This document shows, piece after piece, positions 7,992-16,659 of a stretch of DNA of 64,000 nt (positions are counted from its first letter, which is position 1; each line of letters opens with the position of its first letter). Under the pieces are notes generated by a model that was not told the DNA's origin, made no database searches, and worked only from the letters and a program-made list of their open reading frames with translations. This DNA is from Lachnospiraceae bacterium (lineage in GTDB: Bacteria; Bacillota; Clostridia; Lachnospirales; Lachnospiraceae). The stretch is from assembly GCA_017544705.1 (NCBI GenBank), contig JAFYDQ010000117.1:14006-78005 (forward strand). The letters are read 5' to 3'. The translations under genes were made by a program, and so were the position numbers.

Positions 7992-9746
7992 TTAATCAAC
8001 CTTGAAGAATGCGACATTCTCTTTCAGCTGTGCAGAAATGTTGGTCAGTTCGTCCGCGTCTCTTACAACATCGCTCATGTTGGCAGTCAGCTGTGTGATC
8101 GAAGCACTGGTCTCCTGTGTGGAAGCGGCGTACTCTTCAGAAATGCTGGAGAGCGATTCGACGGAAGCCATGATCTTTTCTTTCCCTTCCGTCATCGATT
8201 CCACGAGCGATGCAATTTCTTTATTGCCGCTTTCCGTTTCGTTCAGTACCTGAAGCATCTTGTCGAAGGAAACACTCATGTTTTCGAGGGCTTCTGCTTC
8301 GCTTGTTGTTGCATCCTTGATACTTCCGGTCAGAGTACGGTTTTCATTCGAATACTGGGTGATGGTGCTGAGCATCTGCGTGATCTCTCCGGCCATCTGA
8401 TTTGATTCTTCAGCAAGTCCTTTAATGTTGTCCGCAACAACCGCAAATCCCTTTCCGGCTTCTCCGGCTCTTGCCGCTTCGATGGAAGCGTTGAGGGCAA
8501 GCAGGTTGGTCTGGCTCGCGATGGAGATGATGCCTTCCGCGGCTTTACTGATCTCTTCAACAACTTCTGCGGTCTTGCTGACGGAATCAGCGACCTGACC
8601 TGCCTTGGCATTGGTCTCCTCATCCGCTTTGCGGATTTCGCCAAGCTGTTTCTGCAGTGCGAGAGAATCCTCATACAGAGCATTGACTTTTTCCAGATTG
8701 CTTTCCGCAACGGAATGTACTTTATCGATACTGTCGCCGATCTCCTGCGTAATGCCGGCCGTAACCTGTACGTCTTCGGCCATGGACATTGCGCCTTGTG
8801 CCAGTTCGCCGACTGCAACGGAAATGTTGCTGGTGTTTTCTTCGGAGTTAGCAATGCTGTCTTTGGCGTTTCCGGCTTTGCTGTTTACGGAGTCGGCACA
8901 GGAAACCACATCAAGCAGGGATCCCTGCAGGTGTTCGCGCATGCTTTCCATGGAGTCTTCCACGTTATGGAATTCCGTAAACATGCTCTCTGTCTCAACA
9001 GCCGTAACAAAATCACCGGTTGCCATGTTGTTAACGGCGCCAACCATATAATTGATGCTAAGGCGCATCTTATGGAGAACAATGACTGCAACAACAAGGA
9101 TCAGGATCGTGATGATCGCAAAGATCACAATGCTGGTGAGGACGCTCTTTTGAATCTGTGCCTGACGGATCGCCTTTTCGTTGACCGCCCACTGCTCTGT
9201 GATATCGGTCATTTCCGAAATGGAATCTCTGGTGGATTCAAAGTTCTGGATAAAGATGGTATAGTCACCGGTACCGTTTTTGACATCATAACAACTTTCC
9301 CACTCATTATAGCCGTTCATAAAGGCGTTATATAACTGATCATAGTTGTCCGTATCGATAACCGTTCCGGTGTAGAGCCCCGGTTCTTTGCTGGCAATAT
9401 CATGCGCTTCGTTGACACGGTCGAGAATCTGCTGCTTGTTGGATTCATAATCATCCAGATACTGGGCAGTCAGCTCGGCCATCATCTCGGGGGGAATATC
9501 ATCCGGAGCGGCCGTTACATCATGATACTGCATTGCGCCGAGCATGGACTGGTAAAAGTCTCTGTCGGCATTGATCAGGTCAGCGCTGATCGTGTAGAGA
9601 TGGTCAAAATAGAGTTCTTCGTCTTCTTTTGTAACCTTCTGCAACTGCATGCCGAAGAAACCGATGCTGATGGCCACCATGGCAACCAGAACGATTCCGG
9701 CACATAACAGAGCGAGTACGATACTGATCTGTGATTTTTTCTTCAT
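7992..9746 (-). CDS. Methyl-accepting chemotaxis protein with an extracytoplasmic sensor domain
   Basis: Two TM helices flank a sensor domain of about 200 aa. The C-terminal MCP signalling domain carries the conserved tip [30 protein letters not shown]. The start is at ATG 9746 (MKKKSQ), because the candidate promoter lies downstream of the ORF-opening ATG at 9827. Confidence 0.85.
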   Translation of the reverse strand: MKKKSQISIVLALLCAGIVLVAMVAISIGFFGMQLQKVTKEDEELYFDHLYTISADLINADRDFYQSMLGAMQYHDVTAAPDDIPPEMMAELTAQYLDDYESNKQQILDRVNEAHDIASKEPGLYTGTVIDTDNYDQLYNAFMNGYNEWESCYDVKNGTGDYTIFIQNFESTRDSISEMTDITEQWAVNEKAIRQAQIQKSVLTSIVIFAIITILILVVAVIVLHKMRLSINYMVGAVNNMATGDFVTAVETESMFTEFHNVEDSMESMREHLQGSLLDVVSCADSVNSKAGNAKDSIANSEENTSNISVAVGELAQGAMSMAEDVQVTAGITQEIGDSIDKVHSVAESNLEKVNALYEDSLALQKQLGEIRKADEETNAKAGQVADSVSKTAEVVEEISKAAEGIISIASQTNLLALNASIEAARAGEAGKGFAVVADNIKGLAEESNQMAGEITQMLSTITQYSNENRTLTGSIKDATTSEAEALENMSVSFDKMLQVLNETESGNKEIASLVESMTEGKEKIMASVESLSSISEEYAASTQETSASITQLTANMSDVVRDADELTNISAQLKENVAFFKVD

Positions 9747-9798
9747 AGGCCAAATGTCATCCTTTCGTTGTTGTGACATAGTGAAGGTAAGTGTTTGA

Positions 9799-9827
9799 AT
9801 TATACCATTGAATACGCGGTTTTGCAA
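9799..9827 (-). promoter_or_regulatory. Candidate sigma-A promoter for the MCP gene
   Basis: On the minus strand: TTGCAA (9827-9822), 17-nt spacer, TG-extended TATAAT (9804-9799). Confidence 0.5.
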
Positions 9828-9885
9828 TGATTTTTACGCTTTATTCAAAATCGGATCCGCCGCGTCCGTTCAAATAACAACAGGG

Positions 9886-9914
9886 TTGTCAGTTATGGGT
9901 GAAACGTGTACAAT
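9886..9914 (+). promoter_or_regulatory. Candidate sigma-A promoter for the PRT-like gene
   Basis: TTGTCA (9886-9891), 17-nt spacer, TACAAT (9909-9914). Confidence 0.5.
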
Positions 9915-9950
9915 AAATTCATAAATACTACATACTGCGGAGGGGAAAAT

Positions 9951-10589
9951 ATGCAGGATTATAAGAAGATTGATTATGCCAAGAATAAGGATGTCGTGCT
10001 CCGCTATATTCCGGGGCATTTCGTCACGCCCAATTCCCATGTAAATTACTACATGGATCTGACGGATATGAAATCCAGACAGAGAGAAGCACGGGCGACA
10101 GGGGAAGAACTGGCCGAGATGTACTTAAGTTCGGACATCATTGATACCATTCTCTGCCTGAACAATATGGAGGTGGTCGGTGCGTATCTTGCCAACAAAC
10201 TGACCAAGGCCGGGATCATTTCCGCCAACTCCCATAAGACCATGTATGTGACCAGCCCTGAGTATAATGTCAGCGGTCAGATGATGTTCCGTGACAACAA
10301 CCAGCACATGATCAGAGGAAAGAGAGTATTGATCCTGATCGATACGGCCACGACCGGCGCAACACTGCAGAGCGCCATTCGGTCCGTCGGTTTCTACAAC
10401 GGCACGATCGTCGGGATATCGGCGATCTTTTCCGTAGCAACCGTTGTGAATAACATCCCGATCCGTTCTCTGTATTCAACCAGGGATCTCCCGGATTATG
10501 CCGGCTACAGTTTTGACAGCTGCCCGCTTTGCAAAGCGGGTACGCCGATCGATGCGATCTGTAACGGCTTTGGCTATTCATTATTGTAA
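9951..10589 (+). CDS. Phosphoribosyltransferase-fold protein (PyrE-like), function unknown
   Basis: PRPP-loop-like motif RVLILIDTATTGATL. The C-terminus reads FDSCPLCKAG. The start is at ATG 9951 (GGAGGGG 6 nt upstream) rather than the ORF opening at 9906. Confidence 0.65.
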   Translation: MQDYKKIDYAKNKDVVLRYIPGHFVTPNSHVNYYMDLTDMKSRQREARATGEELAEMYLSSDIIDTILCLNNMEVVGAYLANKLTKAGIISANSHKTMYVTSPEYNVSGQMMFRDNNQHMIRGKRVLILIDTATTGATLQSAIRSVGFYNGTIVGISAIFSVATVVNNIPIRSLYSTRDLPDYAGYSFDSCPLCKAGTPIDAICNGFGYSLL

Positions 10590-10604
10590 TTGTAAAGAGA
10601 AAAG

Positions 10605-10630
10605 AAAAGACGGCGTCTGCCGTCTTTTCT
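10605..10630 (+). terminator. Intrinsic terminator after the PRT-like gene
   Basis: Perfect 10-bp stem AAAAGACGGC / GCCGTCTTTT with loop GTCT. The T-run is partly inside the 3' arm. Confidence 0.65.
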
Positions 10631-10650
10631 GCTTATAAGGACCGGTCTTC

Positions 10651-11181
10651 ATGAGTGGATCAAAAGGGGAAAACATGACGGAATACGAACGGATCAAAGA
10701 TATCGTCAGGGCACTGCGTGCAGAAAACGGATGCCCCTGGGACAGAGAACAGACGCACATGAGCCTGAAACCGGCCTGTATCGAGGAGGCGGCGGAGGTG
10801 ATCTGCGGGATCAATATTCTGGATGAAACAGGCAATCCGGATAACCTGAAAGAAGAACTGGGAGATCTGCTCCTGCAGGTGCTGATGCATGCACAGATCG
10901 CGGAAGAAGAAGGCCTGTTTACGATGGAAGATGTCTGCAAATGCATCGCGGATAAGATGATCCGCAGACATCCGCATGTATTCGGTGACACACAGGTGGA
11001 CGGATCGGCGGAAGTTTTAAAAAACTGGGATAAGATCAAAGAACAGGAGAAGCAGGGAAAAGAATGGATGGACGAGCGGCTGCCCGCCGCGTTTGCGGAG
11101 TCGAAGGAACTGGTTGACCGGGCGGAAGAGAGAAAACGCAAAAAGATGTTGGAAAAGGCAGCACAAAAAGACAGAAAATAA
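10651..11181 (+). CDS. mazG: MazG-family nucleoside triphosphate pyrophosphohydrolase
   Basis: The motifs GCPWDREQTHMSLKPACIEEAAEV and EELGDLLLQV are typical of the MazG domain, followed by a Lys/Glu-rich tail. An alternative start at ATG 10675 (MTEYER) is preceded by AAGGGG. Confidence 0.8.
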   Translation: MSGSKGENMTEYERIKDIVRALRAENGCPWDREQTHMSLKPACIEEAAEVICGINILDETGNPDNLKEELGDLLLQVLMHAQIAEEEGLFTMEDVCKCIADKMIRRHPHVFGDTQVDGSAEVLKNWDKIKEQEKQGKEWMDERLPAAFAESKELVDRAEERKRKKMLEKAAQKDRK

Positions 11182-11210
11182 TTGCTCATTGAGCCAAATT
11201 GTTTTATAAT
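11182..11210 (+). promoter_or_regulatory. Candidate sigma-A promoter for the second MCP gene
   Basis: TTGCTC (11182-11187), 17-nt spacer, TATAAT (11205-11210). Confidence 0.5.
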
Positions 11211-11258
11211 TTCTTTATATTAACTTTTATTAGATAAGGGGAAAGGAGTCTCTCATTT

Positions 11259-12740
11259 ATGAATCAGGAAAAATCCAATGCAGCATATGTGAATAAGACA
11301 GCCATGACTTTATTCACGGCGCTAACAGCCATTATCAGTATCGCCTATATCATCCAATTGGTAAAAGGCGAAGCGGATATGACCAAATTTCTGTCGGTTG
11401 AGATTTTTGACTTAGGACCGATGATCCTTGGCTGGATCCTTTATAAAACAGATCCGGAGACGAAGCTGATCAAGCATGTGATCGGGATCGGATACGGGAT
11501 CTTCTACGCGATCGTATGTTTCGTGACAACGAACACGATCCTGGTTTTCGTTTACGCGATACCGGTATTGCTGCTGACGGCGCTGTTTGACGATATGCGC
11601 CTGTCCCTGATCTCAAGTATCGGCGTTTCCCTGATCGCCGCGATCCATGCGGTCAGGTTTGCATCCCTGCAGAACTGGGAGGGCGGCGCTGTAGCGGATC
11701 TTGAAATCGAAGTGCTGATCATGATCATGGTATCCATCTTCTCCATCGTGGTCAACAGAGTCATCAACAAGATCAATGAAGCCAGAATGAAGGTGATCAA
11801 CGAGACCGGAGAGAAAAATGCGAAAATGCTGGATTCGATCGTCACCGTTTCCGGAAATCTTGTGGAAGATGTCGCGAAGGTTTCCGATCTGATGACAACG
11901 CTTTCCGAGTCGAGCGCAGAAACCCTTTCCGCCATGCAGGAGGTACAGTCCGGCACGACCGATTCCGCGGAATCCGTTCAGAACCAGTTGATCAAGACGG
12001 AAGAGATTCAGGTACAGATCGAAAACGTTACCAGAACATCCGAAGATATCAGCAACAATACGAATGATGCCGTAGAAGCGATCCGTGAGGGCAGAAACAA
12101 CATCGCAACGCTGATCGAGCAATCCAAGATTTCTGAAGAGGCCGGTAATGGTGTCATTCAGGAAGTGGAAGGACTGAAATCTTCGACGGAGCAGATGGAG
12201 ACGATCGTTTCACTGATCCAGAGCGTTGCATCCCAGACCAGCCTGCTTGCATTAAATGCAAGTATTGAAGCTGCAAGAGCCGGAGAAGCGGGACGCGGAT
12301 TTGCGGTTGTTGCAACGGAGATTTCCAATCTGGCCGGGCAGACACAGAATGCGACCGGCAATATCAACGAACTGATCGCCGGTATTTCCAAAGAGATCGG
12401 TGAAGTGGTCAGCGCGATCAATTCCCTTGTGGAGAGCAACAGGATCCAGAACGAATCGGCGCAGGTTACTTCCGAAAGCTTTGATAAGATCGTTGAAAAC
12501 GCAAGCAGGATCAGTGAAAACTCCGGTGAGCTGTCCGGTATTGTCGCCAAACTGGCAAGCGCCAACAATGAGATCGTAGAAAGCATTCAGACGATCTCGG
12601 CGATCACGGAAGAGGTTTCCGCACATTCCACGACCACCTGTTCCACGACGGAAGCAAACCAGCGTACCGTGGAAGAGGTACAGGATATCGTACAGGATAT
12701 GATCAAGGCCGCAGATCAGTTAAAGTCTTTGGAACAGTAA
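11259..12740 (+). CDS. Methyl-accepting chemotaxis protein with a polytopic membrane N-terminus
   Basis: The first 170 aa contain about 5-6 TM helices and no large periplasmic domain. The MCP signalling tip is [37 protein letters not shown] lies upstream of the ATG. Confidence 0.85.
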   Translation: MNQEKSNAAYVNKTAMTLFTALTAIISIAYIIQLVKGEADMTKFLSVEIFDLGPMILGWILYKTDPETKLIKHVIGIGYGIFYAIVCFVTTNTILVFVYAIPVLLLTALFDDMRLSLISSIGVSLIAAIHAVRFASLQNWEGGAVADLEIEVLIMIMVSIFSIVVNRVINKINEARMKVINETGEKNAKMLDSIVTVSGNLVEDVAKVSDLMTTLSESSAETLSAMQEVQSGTTDSAESVQNQLIKTEEIQVQIENVTRTSEDISNNTNDAVEAIREGRNNIATLIEQSKISEEAGNGVIQEVEGLKSSTEQMETIVSLIQSVASQTSLLALNASIEAARAGEAGRGFAVVATEISNLAGQTQNATGNINELIAGISKEIGEVVSAINSLVESNRIQNESAQVTSESFDKIVENASRISENSGELSGIVAKLASANNEIVESIQTISAITEEVSAHSTTTCSTTEANQRTVEEVQDIVQDMIKAADQLKSLEQ

Positions 12741-12743
12741 GCC

Positions 12744-13466
12744 TTAAGGCCTTAAGATGACGGACTTGGGACTGAAGAAATACATGGCGCTTTGCAGGGC
12801 ACCAAGCGTGTGCCAGGATTTAACCAGATCATCATAATCGATCGTGGCGATCCTGCCCCAGGTCGAGATTAAGAGACGTACTTTTCCATCGCGTTCATCG
12901 ATGCCGGTAATGGTCACGAAATGGTTTTTCATTTCTTTGCCGGCCGGCTGCGGCGTGGAAGATACGGATGTGAAATCAGAATATAATGTAAGAGGATGAT
13001 GATTACGGGCTGTCAGAAGTGTGACAGCCCCGTTTTCTTTTAAGCCTCTTTTGATAAAACGGAGTCCGCTTTTGTAGGAGCATAAAAAAGTCAGCCGGAA
13101 ACGGGATTTTAATGACAGTCCGCGCTTTTTCGCAAAGCGCAGCATACCGAGGATGAAGCCGATGGAGCTTTGCCCGAAGCTTGGCGGGATGAGTTTACAG
13201 AGCGGAAAATCCTTATTCATATCATAGATCCGCCGAAGGATCGGTGTTTCAAGCGCCTTCATGCTGTGATACATTTCGTTCATGTATTTCATGTAAGTTG
13301 CTTTATCGATCGGAAAGCGATGGGTAAGCATCAGAAAGGAATTCAGCGCGGCAACATGCCCGCAACCGCTGTGCGCCTGCGTGTTCCTGGCAAACCAGGC
13401 CTGGTTGCCGCCATAGTATTCCTTGTGGTTGTCCGGATCTTCGATCAAAAAATCATTCTTGTTCAT
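12744..13466 (-). CDS. Hypothetical protein with a papain/C39-like cysteine-peptidase signature; last gene of the sensor-hydrogenase operon
   Basis: 240 aa. The pattern Q-x4-C-G (NTQAHSGCGHVAALN) plus a downstream His (KNHFVTITGID) resembles the Gln/Cys...His arrangement of papain-fold or C39-like peptidases. The start overlaps the PHP gene by 14 nt. The family assignment is tentative. Confidence 0.6.
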   Translation of the reverse strand: MNKNDFLIEDPDNHKEYYGGNQAWFARNTQAHSGCGHVAALNSFLMLTHRFPIDKATYMKYMNEMYHSMKALETPILRRIYDMNKDFPLCKLIPPSFGQSSIGFILGMLRFAKKRGLSLKSRFRLTFLCSYKSGLRFIKRGLKENGAVTLLTARNHHPLTLYSDFTSVSSTPQPAGKEMKNHFVTITGIDERDGKVRLLISTWGRIATIDYDDLVKSWHTLGALQSAMYFFSPKSVILRP

Positions 13467-14178
13467 ATTTCAGTAATGCATCAAACAGCCCCTTGGCTGA
13501 TCTTTCTTCCACATGGATATAATTTGCAGGTTCATTAAGGGCATCCAGCCGGTGCGCATCGCTGCTTGAGAGGATGTGACAGCGCTTCAGGTACGGATGC
13601 ATCTGTGATAGCTCAGAAAGCTTTTCCGGATGGCGGAGCTCCGCGATCTTAAACTTTGCGTTATCCGGGATCATACCGAGATTGGATAAAAGGCTTGTGG
13701 AACTTTTGTCCAAATGAGCCGGAACCATGATCCCGTGGTATTCTTTTACAAGATCATAAACCTGATCAAAGGAGATCGAGGTCGCGGATATCAGCAATGT
13801 ATCAAAACTGCCGCAAGGACTGTCTTCTTCATCGATCAGGATCTGGTTGCCGAAAAATTGCGGATTGTTTGGAATGGGAAGGATCTTGTCTTCCACGTAA
13901 GCGTCAAATGCAAGCGCGTCCTTAAGCGTGGAAAAATAGCAGAGCACGTGCACTTCTTCAGCCGTTGTGAGTTCCATGCCCGGGATCGCGATCAGAGAAA
14001 ACTGCTCCGCCATTTTCAGAAAAGCAGGGCAGTTCTTTGATGTGTTATGGTCTGTCAGTGCGATCGCATCAAGTCCCAAAAGGGACGCCATTCCCACGAT
14101 GTTACCCGGAGTCATGTCATCGTCACCGCAGGGAGACAGACAGGAATGTATATGCATGTCATAAGAAATCGGGATCAT
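13453..14178 (-). CDS. PHP-domain (polymerase/histidinol-phosphatase-like) metal-dependent phosphoesterase
   Basis: PHP motifs: YDMHIHSCLSPCGDD, ALTDHNT, EVHVLCYF, VPAHLD and SSSDAH. Confidence 0.8.
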   Translation of the reverse strand: MIPISYDMHIHSCLSPCGDDDMTPGNIVGMASLLGLDAIALTDHNTSKNCPAFLKMAEQFSLIAIPGMELTTAEEVHVLCYFSTLKDALAFDAYVEDKILPIPNNPQFFGNQILIDEEDSPCGSFDTLLISATSISFDQVYDLVKEYHGIMVPAHLDKSSTSLLSNLGMIPDNAKFKIAELRHPEKLSELSQMHPYLKRCHILSSSDAHRLDALNEPANYIHVEERSAKGLFDALLKYEQE

Positions 14179-14504
14179 AAGTACGCGTGTGCTTTCAGTG
14201 CCGCATCAAATACGGGAAGGTCGGTTTTGAAAACAGTAATGTTCTGTTCCTTTGCTTTGGACAGGAATGCGTCATCCGCTACAACACCACAGGCAAGCAC
14301 GACACAACCGCATTCTGCCAGGGACGCAACAGCGAGCGTGTTCACATTGTTCATAACGGTCACCCATACGCAACCCTCCGGCGCATGGCCCATTGCGATG
14401 CTAAGCAGATCACAGCAGTAGCAGCCGGTAAGAACGGTATCATGATTGTTGCCATCGTTGAGAAGCGTAAAAATATCCGCATCCATCAATTCTTTGATCG
14501 TCAT
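14175..14504 (-). CDS. DRTGG-domain-like small protein
   Basis: 109 aa. The pattern VWVTVMNNVNTLAVASLAECGCVVLACGVVADDAFLSKAKEQNITVF matches the DRTGG-type fold as I recall it. ATGA-type 4-nt overlaps occur at both ends. Confidence 0.6.
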   Translation of the reverse strand: MTIKELMDADIFTLLNDGNNHDTVLTGCYCCDLLSIAMGHAPEGCVWVTVMNNVNTLAVASLAECGCVVLACGVVADDAFLSKAKEQNITVFKTDLPVFDAALKAHAYL

Positions 14505-15805
14505 AGGCTGTTTTCCTCCTCCAGTTCTTCAAACGCGTCTTCTCCATACAGATAATAGCGTCTCAGTAACTCCGTGCAGCTGTGCACATCGCCCTTTCCC
14601 CGGATATGGTCTTCCGCGAGGGCTTTGCAGGTGGGGGCACCACAGCCGCCGCAATCAAGACCCGGAAGCACGCGCATGATCTTCTCCAGGCGTACCATGT
14701 TATTGATGCTTTCCAGCATACTCGTTCCGAGCATGTAAACCGGCTCATAGGTGATCTCATCCGTCAGTGCAATGTCTGTCTTCTGCGGGAAATCTTCCGG
14801 ATGCGAGAGTGCAACGGGCAGATATTTCTTCAGGTGTTTGAGCTTGGAACTTGCGGCAAACGGATTCTCCACATTCAGCACGCCGCCCACACAACCGCCC
14901 GGACAGGCGTTCAGCTCAACAAAACGGATATCCATCTGGAACTTTTCATCTTCCAGATCTTCCAGTACCCGGACTACATTTTCAATCCCGTCCGCGGCAA
15001 TATAATTATCCAAAAGGATCCCGGCTGCTTCTCCGCCGGTCAGTCCCCAGCCGACGCCGATCTTGCCGGACAGGCAATATTCCATCGGATTGTTTTTTGC
15101 TTCTTTCATGGCAGAAAGCATCAGCGGATAGATCTCCTTGGTGGCAAGGACCACGTCGATGCTGCTGTTTGTAATGCCCAGGGGATCCCTGACGGCCGTG
15201 ACCTTGGAAGGGCACGGCGAAATAAAAGCGATCCCGATCTCTTCCGGTTTCAGGCCGGTTTTTTCCACTGCACGCTGTCTTGCCAGTTCCGCAGCAACTT
15301 CCACCGGCGGTTTGAGCGGCAGGAGATTATCAAGGAGTTCCGGAAAGCGGATCCGGATCAGTCTTGTGACCGTGGGACATGCCGTACTGATCAGGATGCG
15401 GGGTTCTTCATGTTCGGCGATATATTTCCGCGTCTCGGCAGAAACAAGCTCTGCCGCTGCGCCGACTTCGAATACATCATCAAATCCGATCATGGTCAGG
15501 GCGGTCAGGATGATGTTGATGTCATCGAGATGATTGAACTGGCCATAAAGGGAAGGGGGCGGAAGCGCCACTTTATACTTATAGTTTTCAAGCGCATCCA
15601 TATGGTCAAACCGGGCCTGCTTTGCATAGTGCGGACAATGACGGATGCATTCGCCGCAGTCAATGCAGAACTCTTTGATGATGTGCGCTTTTCCGTTCCG
15701 GACACGGATCGCCTGTGTGGGACAGGTTTTGATACAGGTGATGCATCCGCAGCACTTGTCGGTGTCCAGATAAACGGAATGGAAAAACTTTTGATTATCG
15801 GGCAT
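14501..15805 (-). CDS. Sensor-class [FeFe]-hydrogenase homologue (HydS-like, no PAS domain)
   Basis: The N-terminus has two [4Fe-4S] ferredoxin motifs (CCGCITCIKTCP, CIDCGECIRHCP). The H-cluster domain has L1 ISTACPTV, L2 ISPCPSK and L3 ELNACPGGCVGG. An extra C-terminal Cys motif reads CGGCGAPTC-x16-C. Confidence 0.85.
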   Translation of the reverse strand: MPDNQKFFHSVYLDTDKCCGCITCIKTCPTQAIRVRNGKAHIIKEFCIDCGECIRHCPHYAKQARFDHMDALENYKYKVALPPPSLYGQFNHLDDINIILTALTMIGFDDVFEVGAAAELVSAETRKYIAEHEEPRILISTACPTVTRLIRIRFPELLDNLLPLKPPVEVAAELARQRAVEKTGLKPEEIGIAFISPCPSKVTAVRDPLGITNSSIDVVLATKEIYPLMLSAMKEAKNNPMEYCLSGKIGVGWGLTGGEAAGILLDNYIAADGIENVVRVLEDLEDEKFQMDIRFVELNACPGGCVGGVLNVENPFAASSKLKHLKKYLPVALSHPEDFPQKTDIALTDEITYEPVYMLGTSMLESINNMVRLEKIMRVLPGLDCGGCGAPTCKALAEDHIRGKGDVHSCTELLRRYYLYGEDAFEELEEENSL

Positions 15806-15815
15806 AAGCAGTTAC

Positions 15816-16250
15816 CTATGATGAAAAATAAACGGTCATGGTTACGGTGGTTCCGACGCCGACTTCGGATTCGATGTTGAATTCATCGGAGTTGTTGCGC
15901 ATATTCGGCAGTCCCATGCCGGCACCGAATCCTAAGTTGATCACATCGGCCGGTGCCGTGGAGAAACCTTCCTGCATGGCTTCTTCGATGTTCGCGATAC
16001 CGGGGCCTGTATCTTTTAAGCACATGACGATCCGGTCTTCATAGATATCCACGTCGATGGTCCCGCCGTATGCATGGATGATCATGTTGATCTCGCCTTC
16101 ATACATCGCGATCGAAACCTTACGGACGGCCGCCGCATCGACGTTCATCATTTTCAGCTTGTTCTTCACGTCCGAACTGGCTGAACCGGCATGTGTGAAA
16201 TCGTCTTTGGAAACGACATATTGAAAATGGAGACTATCGTTGGAGTTCAC
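15816..16250 (-). CDS. RsbW/SpoIIAB-like anti-sigma-type Ser/Thr protein kinase (stand-alone GHKL ATPase)
   Basis: About 144 aa. Bergerat-fold motifs are the N-box EINMIIHAYGG, G1 DTGPGI and G2 GFGAGMGLP. The ORF opens at GTG 16259, but GTG 16250 sits 8 nt downstream of GGAGG. The start is uncertain by 9 nt. Confidence 0.75.
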   Translation of the reverse strand: MNSNDSLHFQYVVSKDDFTHAGSASSDVKNKLKMMNVDAAAVRKVSIAMYEGEINMIIHAYGGTIDVDIYEDRIVMCLKDTGPGIANIEEAMQEGFSTAPADVINLGFGAGMGLPNMRNNSDEFNIESEVGVGTTVTMTVYFSS

Positions 16251-16596
16251 TTGGCACACCTCCGTTCAGACCGTTATAGAAAAGCAGACCGCAGGTGGTG
16301 AACATGGAGGAGCGGGTCAGTAAAACGCAGATCTCCAGTTCGTTCGCCAGTTCAATGATCTCGGGATCGGGATCTCTTCGCCCGATGAAAACGACACAGG
16401 CCATGCCCATCATATCGGCGGTCCGCAGAACCTGTGCGTTGTAAAGACCGGTGATCAGAATAGACTTGTCATTGGCATAAGCCAGAACATTGCTCATGAT
16501 GTCAGAGCAGAATGCGGAATCGACATCCGTATCAAGGTCAAAATTCTCCGTCAATACGGATGCGTGGAGTAAATCCTTGATTTCCCCCAATTTCAT
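16234..16596 (-). CDS. DRTGG-domain-like small protein; first gene of the sensor operon
   Basis: 120 aa from ATG 16596 (MKLGEIKD), with GGGAGG 7 nt upstream. The sequence ILITGLYNAQVLRTADMMGMACVVFIGRRDPDPEIIELANELEICVLLT fits the DRTGG pattern. Confidence 0.6.
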   Translation of the reverse strand: MKLGEIKDLLHASVLTENFDLDTDVDSAFCSDIMSNVLAYANDKSILITGLYNAQVLRTADMMGMACVVFIGRRDPDPEIIELANELEICVLLTRSSMFTTCGLLFYNGLNGGVPSELQR

Positions 16597-16630
16597 TGTG
16601 ATACCTCCCGAAAAAATCAAATAAATGAAA

Positions 16631-16659
16631 GAAATAAAACCTTGTTAAAAAAGTGTCAA
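16631..16659 (-). promoter_or_regulatory. Weak candidate promoter for the sensor operon
   Basis: On the minus strand: perfect TTGACA (16659-16654), 17-nt spacer, poor -10 TATTTC (16636-16631). Confidence 0.3.

Noticed and set aside
9747-9827. 27-codon N-terminal extension of the MCP ORF (ATG at 9827)
   Set aside because: The best promoter candidate (TTGCAA-17-TATAAT) lies inside this extension, so the extension would be upstream of the transcription start. The ATG at 9746 has an RBS and begins with a typical MKKK-plus-TM sequence.
10581-11189. 202-aa minus-strand ORF opposite mazG
   Set aside because: It is Ser-rich and low-complexity. The plus-strand MazG motifs (GCPWDREQT, EELGDLL) are clear.
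12738-12760. Tandem palindromic GCCTTAAG-GCCTTAAG at the junction of two convergent stop codons
   Set aside because: It is only a 10-bp self-complementary GCCTTAAGGC built from the two stop codons (TAA/TTA). It is too short to call a terminator or a binding site.
14582-15880. 432-aa plus-strand ORF covering the whole sensor-hydrogenase gene
   Set aside because: It is antisense to an ORF with unmistakable ferredoxin and H-cluster Cys motifs. Its own translation is low-complexity (Arg/Gly/Phe-rich), with no recognisable motif and no RBS. This is a typical shadow ORF in codon-biased DNA.
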